The notes: a model not told the origin generated them from the sequence alone. A stretch of DNA of 64,000 nucleotides from Geosiphon pyriformis uo1 (GCA_016748015.1 JAAOMT010000031.1:186001-250000); one strand, 5' to 3'; numbered from the stretch's first letter, positions 24,812 through 37,076 are shown. Program-made: numbers and translations.

Positions 24812-25240
24812 GTCCAGTTGAACCAAAACTTTGAGTTCCTTTTTCACTTTTTCCCAATTGTTCTTTGTTGTTTACTGATTGTAAACCCGAAATGTTGATT
24901 AAGGGTAAGTAAATTGCTTGAGCAATTTTTTCAGCATGTTCAATTTTGAATGGTTTGTCTGTCTCATTTTGTAACATGATGGTAATGTCTCTAATGTATT
25001 CTGTATCTATAACTTTTCCTCTAATATTGATTCCTTTGCTTGCCAATGATGATCTGGAGGCAATTTGAACCATTGCTTCTGGTAGTATTTCAAAAGCAAT
25101 TTTGAGATTGATTTTTGTCAAGGACTTTGGTTGGAGAACCAAAGTATCTTTTTCTGGATATCTTAAGTCATATCCAGCATCAATTTCGTGTGCTTTTTCT
25201 GGTCTGATTCCTTGGCCATGGTTGTCAAAATATTTAAGTT
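24812..25240 (-). pseudogene. dut: Trimeric dUTPase domain within the Gypsy polyprotein
   Basis: All five motifs are recognisable: AGYDL, ASRSSLA, VIDTEYIRDI (eroded), EKIAQAI and KGTQSFGSTG. Confidence 0.9.
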
Positions 25241-25875
25241 GTAGAGGTGGTTGCTTTTCAAAAAGATAGATGGGGGTGGTTGGTAGTTTTTCTACTAGTT
25301 CAGATACTCCAAATTCGATTTCATTTTCATCATTCTCATCTGGCAGAAGAATGCTAAGAGCATAGCATTCTAAACACCATTGGTCATCACAAGGCATAAC
25401 ACATTCTTCACATAATTGAATGTTCATTTGCTCTAATTGTTGAATTAAGCTTCTTTGGTCAGATATATGTGGCTTGCAATTTGGTGGTAGGTTTCTATTT
25501 CATCTTCATAATCAAATCTAGCTAATNNNNNNNNNNNNNNNNNNNNTCTGGTCTGATCCCTTGGCCATGGTTGTCAAAATATTTAAGTTGTAGAGGTGGT
25601 TGCTTTTCAAAAAGATAGATGGGGGTGGTTGGTAGTTTTTCTACTAGTTCAGATACTCCAAATTCGATTTCATTTTCATCATTCTCATCTGGCAGAAGAA
25701 TGCTAAGAGCATAGCATTCTAAACACCATTGGTCATCACAAGGCATAACACATTCTTCACATAATTGAATGTTCATTTGCTCTAATTGTTGAATTAAGCT
25801 TCTTTGGTCAGATATATGTGGCTTGCAATTTGGTGGTAGGTTTCTATTTCATCTTCATAATCAAATCTAGCTAAT
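25198..25875. repeat. 329-bp duplication flanking a 20-N gap (probable assembly artefact)
   Basis: 25198-25526 and 25547-25875 are identical except for one base; Ns at 25527-25546. Confidence 0.9.
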
Positions 25876-26519
25876 TCCATGGTATACTCAATGTATTCAG
25901 CTTTTTTTATTTAGTGGACATCTTCTTGGGTGGCTCCATTGATTAATGCTATTGCTAGTCAAAAATCATTTTAGCATTATGAAGGTAGTGGTAAAGTTTA
26001 TTAAGAGCACTGTTGTATGCTGCATCAAATGGTGTTTCTCTTCTGACTTTTTCCGAAATTGATAGAGCATATTGACAGGTCTGATTACATACTTCTCTTC
26101 TCATTGCTATATCAATCCAATTGTATTCTTCTGGTAGTCTTTCTCCACAAGTAAGGCAAGGAGTTTTGTCCTATTTTCCACTTCTTTTTGGGGATCCAAA
26201 TCATTCTCTATGGCATGCCTTATAGAAGTAGCAAGTGTGAGTTTTGTATTCCTTTTCTGGGGAAATACAGGCTCCCATAGATGAAAGCTTCTTTTTGCAA
26301 TCTTTGCATTTTAGTAGAATGTATAATGGTTCTTTTTGTGGTTCTGGTGTAGAATATCTAACTTTCTTCCATCCTCTTAATTCTTTGAAAATCTCTTGTT
26401 CTGTTTCCTCAGCCCAATTGGATGGTGATCCAAGACCCATGTAGGTTTCAGTGAGTAGTATTTTTTTCTCTTCTTCAAATTCAAATACTAGAGCTTTTTC
26501 TGATCATTTGTTAAAGATA

Positions 26520-26884
26520 CCACAAATTGCAGATACTATAGTATATTGTCCTTGGTATGAGATTTTAAGTTCTTGAGTTTCCCAGTTCAGGTTTGTATTG
26601 GCCTTAAGAAGCCAATCATTTTCAACTAAAGCTTGGTATTAGGGTGCATCCATAACAAGAACTTTAACTAGAATGATAATTCCATCAATTGTAAAAGAGA
26701 AATCATCAATTTCTCCTACTGGAGTCTTCTTTATACCATCAGCTGTGACAATAACTGTTTGAGCTGGTCTGTCTACGTTTTGTTTGAGTTGTTGCATCAG
26801 CTGGTAAGTGATGATACTTTCAGCCAATCCACTATCTAATATTAAGCAAATGGGTTTTTTTTCTCTTGTAGCTTCTGTATACAT
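26520..26884 (-). pseudogene. Retroviral-type aspartic protease domain
   Basis: ICLILDSGLAESIIT...KVLVMDAP*YQALVENDWL; in frame with gag. Confidence 0.85.
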
Positions 26885-28930
26885 AGCAGTAATTGCTTTT
26901 TGTTTATTGACTGCTGTATTACTAACCAGAAATGGTGATTCATTTGCTTCAAATTCAAATGGAAATATATCTGACAGATTGGCATTTTGGGCAATTTGAG
27001 CTAGTAGAATGGTGTGGTTGGAAGGATTTGATCTTGATGCTACAACTTCACTTTCAGAAAGTGCAGTTTGTTGAAAATCCGATTCCTCTGGTATTGTAAG
27101 ATAACTGGATTGAGTGTGATAGTGATTGGGTCTTTGCTAACCAGAATTTTGGAAAACCAACTGGTTATTTGAATTGATTCTGTTGTTGTTACTTTGCAAT
27201 TGATTTTGGAATGTAAATTGGTTATGTTGAACCAATTTTCTTGCTGATACTTGATATTGTTGAGTGGGTGGTATCTGATATGACTGAATTGGTAAAGATT
27301 GCTGATATTGTTGCTGCATTGATTGTGGAGCTGGTGAATAGTAACTGTTTTGATTTTGTGGTCTTGATGAATAATAGATTGGTGGTGGAGATTAGTAATA
27401 AGATTGTTGTGATGAAGAGTAATGTTGATTACTCCTGTTTTGTTGGTCTCTTTGTAATTTTTTACAATCTCGTTTCCAGTGTTCTGGAATTCCACAATAA
27501 TGACAATTTTGAGGTTGGTTGTTGGATGGTAATCTAAAATTGTTTTGGTTGCATTATTGTGGGAGTTAATATCTTTGTGGTTGTTGTTGCTGTTGTTGTT
27601 GATTTGTGAAGTAGCTTTTAACCTTTTTTGTGAGTTGGTCTATCTTCTCTTCAGCTGCTGAGCTGGTTTCTCCAATTGCAAGGTTTACAAGCTTGGTGTG
27701 ATTTGCTTTTTCTATTGCTATTTCATAGCTCTTTGCATGTCTAATAGCAGTTGCTAAGTCTGCTAGAGCATGTGGACAGACTTTCTTAATCAGTTTGTCT
27801 TTTAACCCTGCTATAAACTGATCCAAAATTTGAGTATTAGAATAGTAGTCATTGGTTTCTAATTGTCGGATTCGTCTAAAAAGTTTGTTAAATCTTTCAA
27901 GATAGGTCATAACAGTTTTAGATGTTTTTTGTTTGATATTGTGAAAGTGGTTTCTGAGAGTGATAAAGGTATTGTTGTCAGTAAATTGTTGTAGAAAAGC
28001 ATCTTTGAATGCTTGCCAGTTTTCAAATGGTTTTTCTAAATTTTCAAACCATTCTCTTGCTGTTTCTTGGAGAAAGTAGGGAATTGTTTTAAGCATTCTT
28101 GCTGCAATCCAACCATTTGCATCTTCTGCTTTTTGAACTTTGTCAAGCCATTCTTGAGAACTGGTATCATTGTTTTTACCAGTGAATTCTGGAATTTTTG
28201 CAATGTAAGCAGTTGTCATTTCTTTTTTGTTTCCTGTGATTTTTTCTGGTTCTGATTCAGTTTTTTCACTTTCCAAGCTTTCTGAATGATTACTTTCGTT
28301 TTCCTGTAAGTAATCAATGATATTGGCACTTGTTAATATTGGTTCTTGTTGTTAAGTAGAATTTCTAGGTGACTGAAAATCTTCTGGTCTGGAGAAATGG
28401 TTAAGTAGTGAACTTGGTGTTTGTGATTGAAAAAGTAAAATTGGAAATAATGTAATAGAAAGTGGTAATTTGACACTGGTTCCTTGTTCAGGTGTTTGCA
28501 AGTGTTTGGCAGTTGTCTTTGATAGTATTGGAGTGTTTGGAGTGGTTTTTGAGTATTGTTTCACTTTTTGTTTGTCTTTGTTGCTTGTCTCTGTTTCTGA
28601 TTCAAAAAAGTATTTGGGCTGTACTGGGTATTTTTCTTCACAGTACTCAATAATATTAAAATTAAGTTCTTGGAAGTAGATAACAAGTGTTTCACTGTTC
28701 AGGTCTTCTGTTCCCAATTGTAAATAATGCACTAAATTATTGTAGAGGTTGTTTCTAACTTTTGAAATGTTGTAGTTTCCAAAAAGATAATTGTTGATGT
28801 AATTTTCAATATATTGGTATACTGATTTCTTAACAACTTCAATTCCGTCTGGAATGTTGAATCTTTGCTTGCAGTGAGTGTAAATTGACTGATAATACTC
28901 TAGAGTTGTTGTGTCTGGTGTGGTCGCCAC
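26885..28930 (-). pseudogene. Gypsy gag (N-terminal extension, capsid-like region, CCHC knuckle, Q/P/Y-rich tail)
   Basis: Fragments at 28930, 28276, 27319 and 26884 share one frame, broken by CAA>TAA-type stops. Motifs IPEFTG...EWL, WQAFKDAFLQQF, QFIAGL and CHYCGIPEHWKRDC (~27465-27506). Confidence 0.88.
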
Positions 28931-28960
28931 TTTGAATTTGTTGTTGTTGTGTTATTTCTA

Positions 28961-28973
28961 TAAGAAAGCACCA
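28961..28973 (-). other. Primer binding site candidate
   Basis: TGGTGCTTTCTTA begins 2 nt after the CA of the 5' LTR. The primer tRNA was not identified. Confidence 0.7.
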
Positions 28974-28975
28974 AA

Positions 28976-29985
28976 TGTTACTGGAGGTTTTTGCTCTCTT
29001 TTTTTGAATGTTGTTAATGTTGATTTGCTGTGAATTCACATTTCCAGAAAGTAGTTGGACCTCCAGTAACTGAATTTATCTTCAAATTATTTCTTATAAT
29101 TTGAACTGCTGGGCTTATAAATGGAATAACCAATTCCTTGCCAGTTATTTTATGTAGTTACATTATAGTAAATATCAACTCTTTCCTAGGAATTGCTCAT
29201 CTGAAAGCTCATTAAAAATGTGTAGTTACTTTGCTGTGAAAGTCAACTCTTCTACAGAAATCTTGTCTATAGGCTACCCTAATTATTATAATAAAAAAAT
29301 AAAAAAAATGTAAAAAAAATGTAAAAAAAATTGAATTCTGTCAAGGGAAATGTTTTTTATCCAGGCCTGGAGTCACTAACAGTTTACTGAAATTGGTAGC
29401 TAATCAATTTCAAAACGTTAGTTGAATTTTGGGGATTTTTTAAGTGCAATAATTAAAGAATTTGGTTTTTCGAATTATTTGATATTTATTTCTTTTTGTG
29501 TGTAGGAATAGTTCTAAGTAATAAATCTAAAGTAAAATACATTTTCTTGAAGAAAAAAGCTCTTCTTTTATACAACTTGTTGTAATACTAGTCTATGAAC
29601 TTGTACTTTTTCTCTTTGCTCAATTTTTGGCGAACTAAAGATACATTTTGATGAACTACAAGTTATTTTGCTAAACTATTGATTAATTTGGGTGAACTAT
29701 TCATAATTTCAGTAAATTTCTATAAATTTCGGCAAATTTTTTATAAATTTTGGCGAATTTTTGTAAATTTCAGCAAATTTTAGAATGTTACAAAGTTCAG
29801 GGTATTATGTAATTTGATCATCCTACTTTCTGTTATACTAATTGGATTATTTAATTGAATCGTAATATGTGATAATTGATTAAATAATAAATGATAATTT
29901 GAAATAATATTAATATATTAATTAATTATAGAAATTATAAGGGTAATTTTCTTGCTAATTAATAGCTAAAATTCTACTGATAATA
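28976..29985 (-). repeat. 5' LTR of family A element
   Basis: TGTTACTGGA...GATAATA (terminal CA mutated to TA); followed by TSD CTGG. Confidence 0.95.
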
Positions 29986-31290
29986 CTGGCCACCAACCTA
30001 AAAGATTATATCACTAATCTCAAAAGCAGTACAGCCAGAAGAGAGATTGACCAACTTGGCCTTAAACTTATCACGAGACAAAATAGTCTCATTTTAATTT
30101 ACCAGAGGGAGAATTCTAATACTATCCTTGTCCACCAAAACTAATCAATAATTCAAAATAGACACAGCAAAGTCCAACTATTCAAAATAAACCACTATGT
30201 ACTGCCAAACACCAGCAGACTTCAGCATAACACAAGTAACATTACCAAACACACTAAGAACTGTCTTAATATTAGCAGCAAACACACCCAAGGGCACATC
30301 ATGCAATGCAACAGCAGCAGAAAAGGAACCAGACTCAGAAATTACCAAAGACTTGGCAATTTTGAAGGTGGCCAAATGTACAAAGCTTGTAAGCTCAACC
30401 TAGAATACAGCTTCTAAAGACACTTGAGAAGCAAACTCCACACAAAACAGCTTCATATTGTCTTTTGATACTGATTTTGCACCCAAAAAACCATGTACTG
30501 ACTGAAACACAGCCTTAATATGAGCCAATTTGATCTTAAAAGTAACACCAGGCACCAGAGTGGAGGCCACCCATCCAACAAATCTTTGACAACTAGTAAT
30601 AGTTTTTTAAGCACCATTAGAAACAGCACCAGAAACTAAAGGAGAAAATAAATCAGTTTCTATTTGATCAGCCCAGTTCTCAAAAACAGGTGACCCAACA
30701 GGAGAAGATTGTTTTGTTTTTAGAACTGGCAAAGATCCACCAGAAGACACCACATTTGGCAACACAGCCAGTGATTGATCTTGGCCCATTTTGGATGATA
30801 TGCTGGATAATGCTATAGAGATCTCATCTAAGATCTTATTGAAAACCACAAAGAGGTTCAGTGTAATAATAGCAGAGGCAAGTGACTGCCTTTACTTCTC
30901 TGAACTTTTGGTCTTTTTGACCATTTTTTTTGAAGAGGTGGTGCTAGCAGCACCAAGTGTTGAATCTATAGAGGAGAAAACCAGCTTATTTACTGGTCTA
31001 TTATTAAAAACTTTTGGGTTCTTGGTTGGGATGGAAGCAACACTAGAACTAACTCAAGTGTGTCTCTTTGAGAGAACTTTGACCAGTGAAAAACCAGCCA
31101 AAGATGAGGAAATTGCTTCAGTGGCTACCAAAGGCAACTTATTATGATTACTGGATAAGAGGAAGACTTCTAAAACATTTTGCCTAGTTGCTTCTATAAT
31201 AGAGAGAGCTTCTCTAATTGAAATTTTATTAGATATCTCAGGACAGATATCAGGTGCAGCTTTTTTACTCTTTGCTCTGGTCGTGGTCAT
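29986..31290 (-). pseudogene. ORF1-like protein of element F, 5' part (N-terminus and RRM-like regions)
   Basis: MTTTRAKSKK... The fragments starting at 31290, 30849 and 30375 share one frame. VALHDVPLGVFAANIKTVLSVFGNV...WQYIVVYFE is homologous to the LINE ORF1 RRM-like region. Confidence 0.85.
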
Positions 31291-32747
31291 GAAATTAAAG
31301 AGACAAAAAGTTTTAATTTTTTTTTTTTTTTTTTTTTTAAAATTTCATATTTTTAACTATTTTTAATAATAAAATTATAGTTAATTTCAAAAAATTTTAA
31401 AACGTTATATTGTTAATAATAAATAATAAATATTTAAAAATTTTTTTAATATTCAAAAATTAAAAACTTAATTAAAAATTTAATTAAAAATTTAAAAAAT
31501 AATAAAAAATAAATTTTTTGTTAACAAAATAATTATTTAAAAAATTATGTTATTTGTTAAAAAAACAGCAAAAAATAAAGTAATTATAAAGAAAATTATT
31601 ATTGTTTATATAATTTTACTTGTTTTAAATTTAATTTTTTTTATTACAATGTTATTTTAATTAAGACATATTATTTTAATATATATGAATATTACATTAT
31701 TCTTTTATCTATAATTAATTAATTATTTTTTTAAAAAAAAAACATTTAAAAATTATTGAATCAATTTTTAATATTAATTTGATTGACTTATTGCAATTTT
31801 TTATTATAATGTAACTTGACAAATAATTTGTATAAAACCTATTGTATTCAGTCCACTGGAATGTTTCAAGAAAAACTTCTTGGCATTTAGAAGTTCCATT
31901 TATTATCGTCATTTTTATGACTAATTTAGTCTTTTAATGATTTTCCATAATAATCAATCAACATTACATAACGAGAAGTTATTTTGGGCCATGTGAATAT
32001 TCTTTTGTATAAATTTGAATGGTAAATAAATCTTACTTTGGGTAAAATTTTTTGCATTAGTAACATTGTTTCCAATTTTGGCAAATTTTTGTTCAATTTT
32101 ATCTGATCTCTTGTTCTTGTTCTATTTGACTTTCTTTAATCGACTTCGATCTTTGCACAAAATCACGTTAAAAAAATTTTGATTTACACTTTGACCATGT
32201 TAATAATAATATCAGTTTGATCTAGATATCATATCAGAACCGTATAACGATTTTATCTTTCAATCAAAAAAAATTTCAAGAGGGAAATGCAATAATGCAT
32301 CACGAGCGAAAACGTAAAAGTGCTTTGAATAAGGATTTTGAGTGATTGATATTTTAACAAGTTAATTTTCCCCACATTTATTATTTCAACTTGAAACCAA
32401 CCGATTGTGTAAGGAAATGTCTTTAGGTATTCTTTATCGGCTATAACTTTTTTTAATGGCTTCCTTTGTATAGATTGTAGAAGATCATCTTACCTTGAAG
32501 AATCACTGTGTGTACCCACGCAGCCCTAAACCTACAAAAAAATTATCAATCAACTGCTCTTTAAGAAGTCTTTCAAATTCTAACTCTATTATATGGAATT
32601 GCTTGTATTGCGCCATTAATAATTTTCTCTTCTGGTCAAAGAATCAAGTTGAACCGAAGGTTCGAAGGGCGGTTATAAGGCTATTGGCAAAGGAATTTAT
32701 TGAAAGTATTCCTATCGGGATTCCTAGAATCAAAAAATAGTGAAACG

Positions 32748-34344
32748 ATGGCTGAAGAAAGGTTGCCATCATCTAGACAAAAGACTTCTGAAGCGTTTAT
32801 CGGAAGTTTTCAAGACGTGGAACAATATGCTTCAAATTCCGAGTCTAGTGGCGAAGGTCATCAACCCGCATCAATAAGAGCTACAACAACGCTAATAAAC
32901 ACTACAGGCGATATAAGTGCACGGAAATCCTTACCCGGACTGAATTCTTCTGGTTTTATTGGGTTTTTAAATAAGGGACCTCGTGAATCTTTTCAACGTC
33001 CAGCTTCTTTAAAGAAACTGCGCCGTCGACCGTCACATCAGCTTGAGCAAATATCAGCAGAATTACGGCCGGTTCTCCATTTGTTCGACGTTTTCTCGCG
33101 AAAAATTTATATAGAAGGCTATATTTGTAAACAAGATCAGACTTCCGATGAAACAAGACCAAATGCCGAAGGCTGGGCTGAGTTTTATGCCGAACTCTGT
33201 GGCCCCGTGCTAAGTATTTGGAAATTAAACACTAATAGCGAAATATCAGAGGTTGTAACCCCTAATCCAACCCTTATCAATATATCAAATTCTAGCATTG
33301 AAATAATAGGAACAGTCTTAGATGGAATTTCCCAACGAGAAAATTTGTTTTTATTGGACATAGACGACGGGATTCGATATTATTTTCAGGCTGCAAACTC
33401 TCGTTTGCTTAATCAATGGATCCTTGCAATACGGTTATCCTGTTTCGAGGGTTCTAGATTGCAAGAAATATATACGGCTACATTATTCAGACGGCAAGGA
33501 TTCAAAGAATTCTTGACAGGCACCCCTTTGATAAAAGGGAAATTGGAGGGATACCTTCAAGTACGATTCAACGGATGTAAAGAATCAAAAAAATACTGGG
33601 TCGTGGTCGCCGATCATCGGTTGGAAGATAAGAAGAAAAAAGACATTGCATTCACTCGAGGACAGGCTGCGTTCTACGAGACAAATAAATCAAAGAAACC
33701 GTTTATGACATTGGCTAATGTACTTCAAACATACGCCATATATCCCGAAAATCCGTCTTTGATTGATAAGACGAACTTATTTCGTGTTGAAGGCAACTTT
33801 TTTCCGGCTAAACCGACTGACAAAAAGTCTGGTGATTTTGTTAATTTGACAACTGAATCGTCTAGTGAAATGGCGAAATGGGTTATTGCATTTTTTGATG
33901 CCTTCAAACTTCATGGAAGACCTAAGGATTTCCCTTATGATTTTAAAGATCCAGACTCGCCTCTTTTTGCTGTACCAGTGGTAAAGAGTGATCCAAAATT
34001 GTTTTTGGACATGCCAGATGTACAACATGTTAATATCAGGGAATCGCTCGCGGATGTAAAAGCGGAGTTTGCTGAAGTATTAAAACGATCTTATCAACAA
34101 AGACAAGACCAATATACAGATCCTAATCTAGAAAATGAAGTAGGAGATTCAAGGCATCAAAAAAAATCTGATGGCACATTGCCTTCAAAAATCATGGCAA
34201 ACGGTCTTCCTGAGAATTCGACCCGACAAAGAGCATTTTCCAATGAATCAGGATCTTCCACTCCAAGCTCAGGGTCATCAAATTCTCTGAAAAATACATT
34301 ACAATTAACTCGACCAATTTCATATATGCAAACCAATTCCCAAG
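32748..34344 (+). CDS. Host gene exon 1: tandem PH-domain protein, Skg3/Caf120-like
   Basis: ATG at 32748. PH-like motifs KIYIEGY...WAEFYAELCGPVLSIW, WILAIRLSCFE, LEGYLQVRF...YWVVV and KWVIAFFDAFKLHGRP. Donor G|GTAAAG at 34345 (phase 1). CpG-rich and undamaged. Confidence 0.85.
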
Positions 34345-34428
34345 GTAAAGGTTCCAATTCTTGACTACATTTAGCACTTAAGATTTCCAGAGTTAGATAG
34401 TTTTCATCTCAATTGCCTTCAATATCAG

Positions 34429-37076
34429 GGGAAAGAAGAACCTCGATAACCCCTCTATCTCCCAATCTAATTCCTGCACCTCAAAACCCGCGAAAAGCAG
34501 GAACCGGTCGCCATCAAGTGGCTAGTAGTGATGAAGATGATGAGGTAGATGAAGAAAATCACAAAGAAACTGAGACAGAAACAGAATCCGAAGTTGATGA
34601 TCATACATTACTCAAAAATACTCAAGCAAATGCTAAAATAACCCCAGCTGAGGCTAAAATTGAACTAATCACAGAACAAAATTTACCTCAAACCCAAGAT
34701 ACTTTAGTCAATGAATCAATTCAATTAAATTCAGCATCAAATGAGGGTTCTAATGATTTAATGGCAGAGATTATGACAGTTATGGACGACCGAAAAATTG
34801 ACGACAATGACGTTCAGGCTTCCAAGACATCAAAACCTAAAAGATCCGTTTCCTTTAAGAATCCCCCAAAGTTGAAATATAAATCAAAAAAACAAGTGAC
34901 ACCTCTTCCATCCGATAGCGAGGAAGAAAAGGATTCTGGAGGGGAACAAGCAAGTCATACTGCAGATATTAATAGCATGGATGAATTAAAGGACAGTGTA
35001 GAAGACATCAAAACAAAAAAAATGAAGGCGGTACCGATTAAAACAACTTCTCCACCCTTGTCTCAAATTTCCGTAAACTCTCCTGCCTCATCCAATAGTG
35101 TTGGCAAAGGAAAAAATAAAAAACTTAAAATGGTTCCGCAACCATCTGATAGTAGTGAAGAAAGTGATGTTAAAGATGATCACGAGAAAGAGTTTGTTGG
35201 AATTCAGCTCCAACCTTCATCTCGTCCAAGATTACGCGAATTACCCTTACGCCAAGAGTACGAAACTGTCCTGGAGGAAAGATATGATGGTGGCAGGCCT
35301 TATTATGGTGAATATCGACAAAATTTGACATATGGGCAGTATGGTTATTTACCACCCAAAGTACCTTATATGGAACGTGGTGCCCCTTACTCCCCCAAAA
35401 TTCCCAATTATCCTTACATTTCCGATCGAAATAATCTATCATATCCGGGCTATTCATCTCCTGGTCGTGCTCGGTTCACTAAAGAAGAGAATGGAATTCC
35501 CTACGTTGATGATCATAATATCTCAATTCCACGTGCACCAGGCCGTAGTCGAAAATCTGTCCCAGGTTATCCATTTCCAGTTGAAGAAATACCAAAAATT
35601 TCGTCAAAAGTACAAAAACCTATAAAAAGAGCATCATTAATTGCTGGAAGTGCCGAGGAATCAACAGAAACTGAGGAAGAAGATAATACTGCAAGCGAAA
35701 CAGAAGAAGGCAATAATGGACAGATTTCTCGCACTTACGTTAAGTCGAATCCATCTTCTGTTTCAAAAAAGAATGAACCCCGTAGGAAATCTAATACAGT
35801 TGCTCCAGAAGACAAGAACTTTGAATTGCCTGATGTATCTTTAGATGTAGATTTTTCTTCCTTGAATTTAGAGTGGGCTTCACGAAATATTAATGACTCA
35901 AATGAGCAAAATCGTAAAGAAAAGCCAGCGATAACGACAAACGAAGAATCTGAAAGTCAGCTATCTGAATCCGAGGAGGAACCTGAAAACTTGATGAATC
36001 AACCACGAAGAGTTTTTAAACCCACCAAACAAAAGGACAAAGTAGCTGCAAAACTAAAAACTAGGCATCGTAATTCTAGTGAAGGAAGTAGTAGTAATTC
36101 TTCTATGTCTCATTCATCATCTCACGAACCTCTCGTTACTCTTATTGCTGTCCCCGAGGATGGAGGAACATTAAATCATGTTCCCCCTTTCATAAGAAGT
36201 CATAGTAATACTCCACCAAGATCCTTATCTCCGAATAACTCACCATATTGGGAGAATGAATATATGATGGATTCAAGACTTCCTTTTGGCTATTCTTTGG
36301 GCGAAAATCGTCGAAGCATGTTGATGCCACCCCGTGATTATCATGATGATGATCGCACAAATCTTTTGGGAACAATGGGTCCACGTCCTCGATCAGTTGT
36401 CAGTAATCCCACTGGGAGACGACGTATAAGTGGTGGTCAAGCTGAATATATGCGTGAACAACGTGATTCATATTACGAAGATGATTACTACGAAGAACGA
36501 GGAGAATCATTCCAACCTCGTCCAAGGAGTCTTCTAGGCGTTTTACCGCAACACCAGCTTTCTGCTCGTGAGCAAGAGTATCTTGCACGTGAAACTGGCT
36601 CCCCGTTGATTCAATTGGAAGCAAGACAAAAAGATCCTCAATTTGGCTTAGTTGGTGCTATTACGGCTAGGGAGAGGCAACGCAAGGTTTTGGGTCCAGC
36701 AATATCAGGGAGGCAATTAGAAATTGAAAGAGACGCACTTCTTGAAAGAGAGCGTGAAAGAAGACTATTTGAGCAAAGGCAGCAAAGTGGGGTCGCGGAA
36801 AGAGATAATCTATATGGAAGGCAATATGGTCCACCTTCACCGATTGGACCTGATCCAAGAGCAAGTAGATATTATATAAATCAACAATACTTGGACACTG
36901 GTAGTGGACCCAATTCTCGGAGAGGTTCCTATTATGAAAATTACAATTCTGGGTCCTATGAAGAAGATTATGACGAAGATGACGATATTCCATTGGCAAT
37001 AGTCCCTCAGCCTCCATTACCTAGGCAAATGCGCGGGGGGCGAGTAGGAGTTCCTCGTCGAAAAGACAACGAATAA
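34429..37076 (+). CDS. Host gene exon 2: long low-complexity region with C-terminal LSAREQE / GLVGAI..RER motifs (total ~1414 aa)
   Basis: Acceptor TATCAG| at 34428 is the nearby AG that keeps phase 1 (84-nt intron 34345-34428). The motifs are typical of fungal Caf120/Skg3-like proteins. Stop TAA at 37074-37076. Confidence 0.82.

Larger units (their letters stand above)
19691..29985 (-). mobile_element. Complete Ty3/Gypsy LTR retrotransposon (family A) with dUTPase and extra 3' ORF; degenerate
   Basis: Two ~1.01 kb LTRs, 4-bp TSD CTGG (19687-19690 / 29986-29989), PBS and PPT. Domain order gag-PR-Cys-rich region-dUTPase-RT-RH-IN-ORF3. Confidence 0.96.
18731..31316 (-). mobile_element. ORF1-only non-autonomous non-LTR element (copy F, ~2.3 kb without the nested Gypsy insertion at 19691-29985)
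   Basis: Short 5' UTR, single ORF 31290->18865, LINE-type 3' tail at 18748-18864 and poly(A) (T run 18731-18740). No ORF2. Second copy at 44304-46550. Confidence 0.88.

Noticed and set aside
25198-25875. Tandem duplication within pol
   Set aside because: The copies are nearly identical and abut a 20-N gap, while every true repeat here is heavily mutated. This fits an unmerged contig overlap.
32956-37017. Short antisense or alternate-frame ORFs over the host gene, and likewise over the LINEs
   Set aside because: They are shadow ORFs with no recognisable motifs, expected from codon and strand bias.
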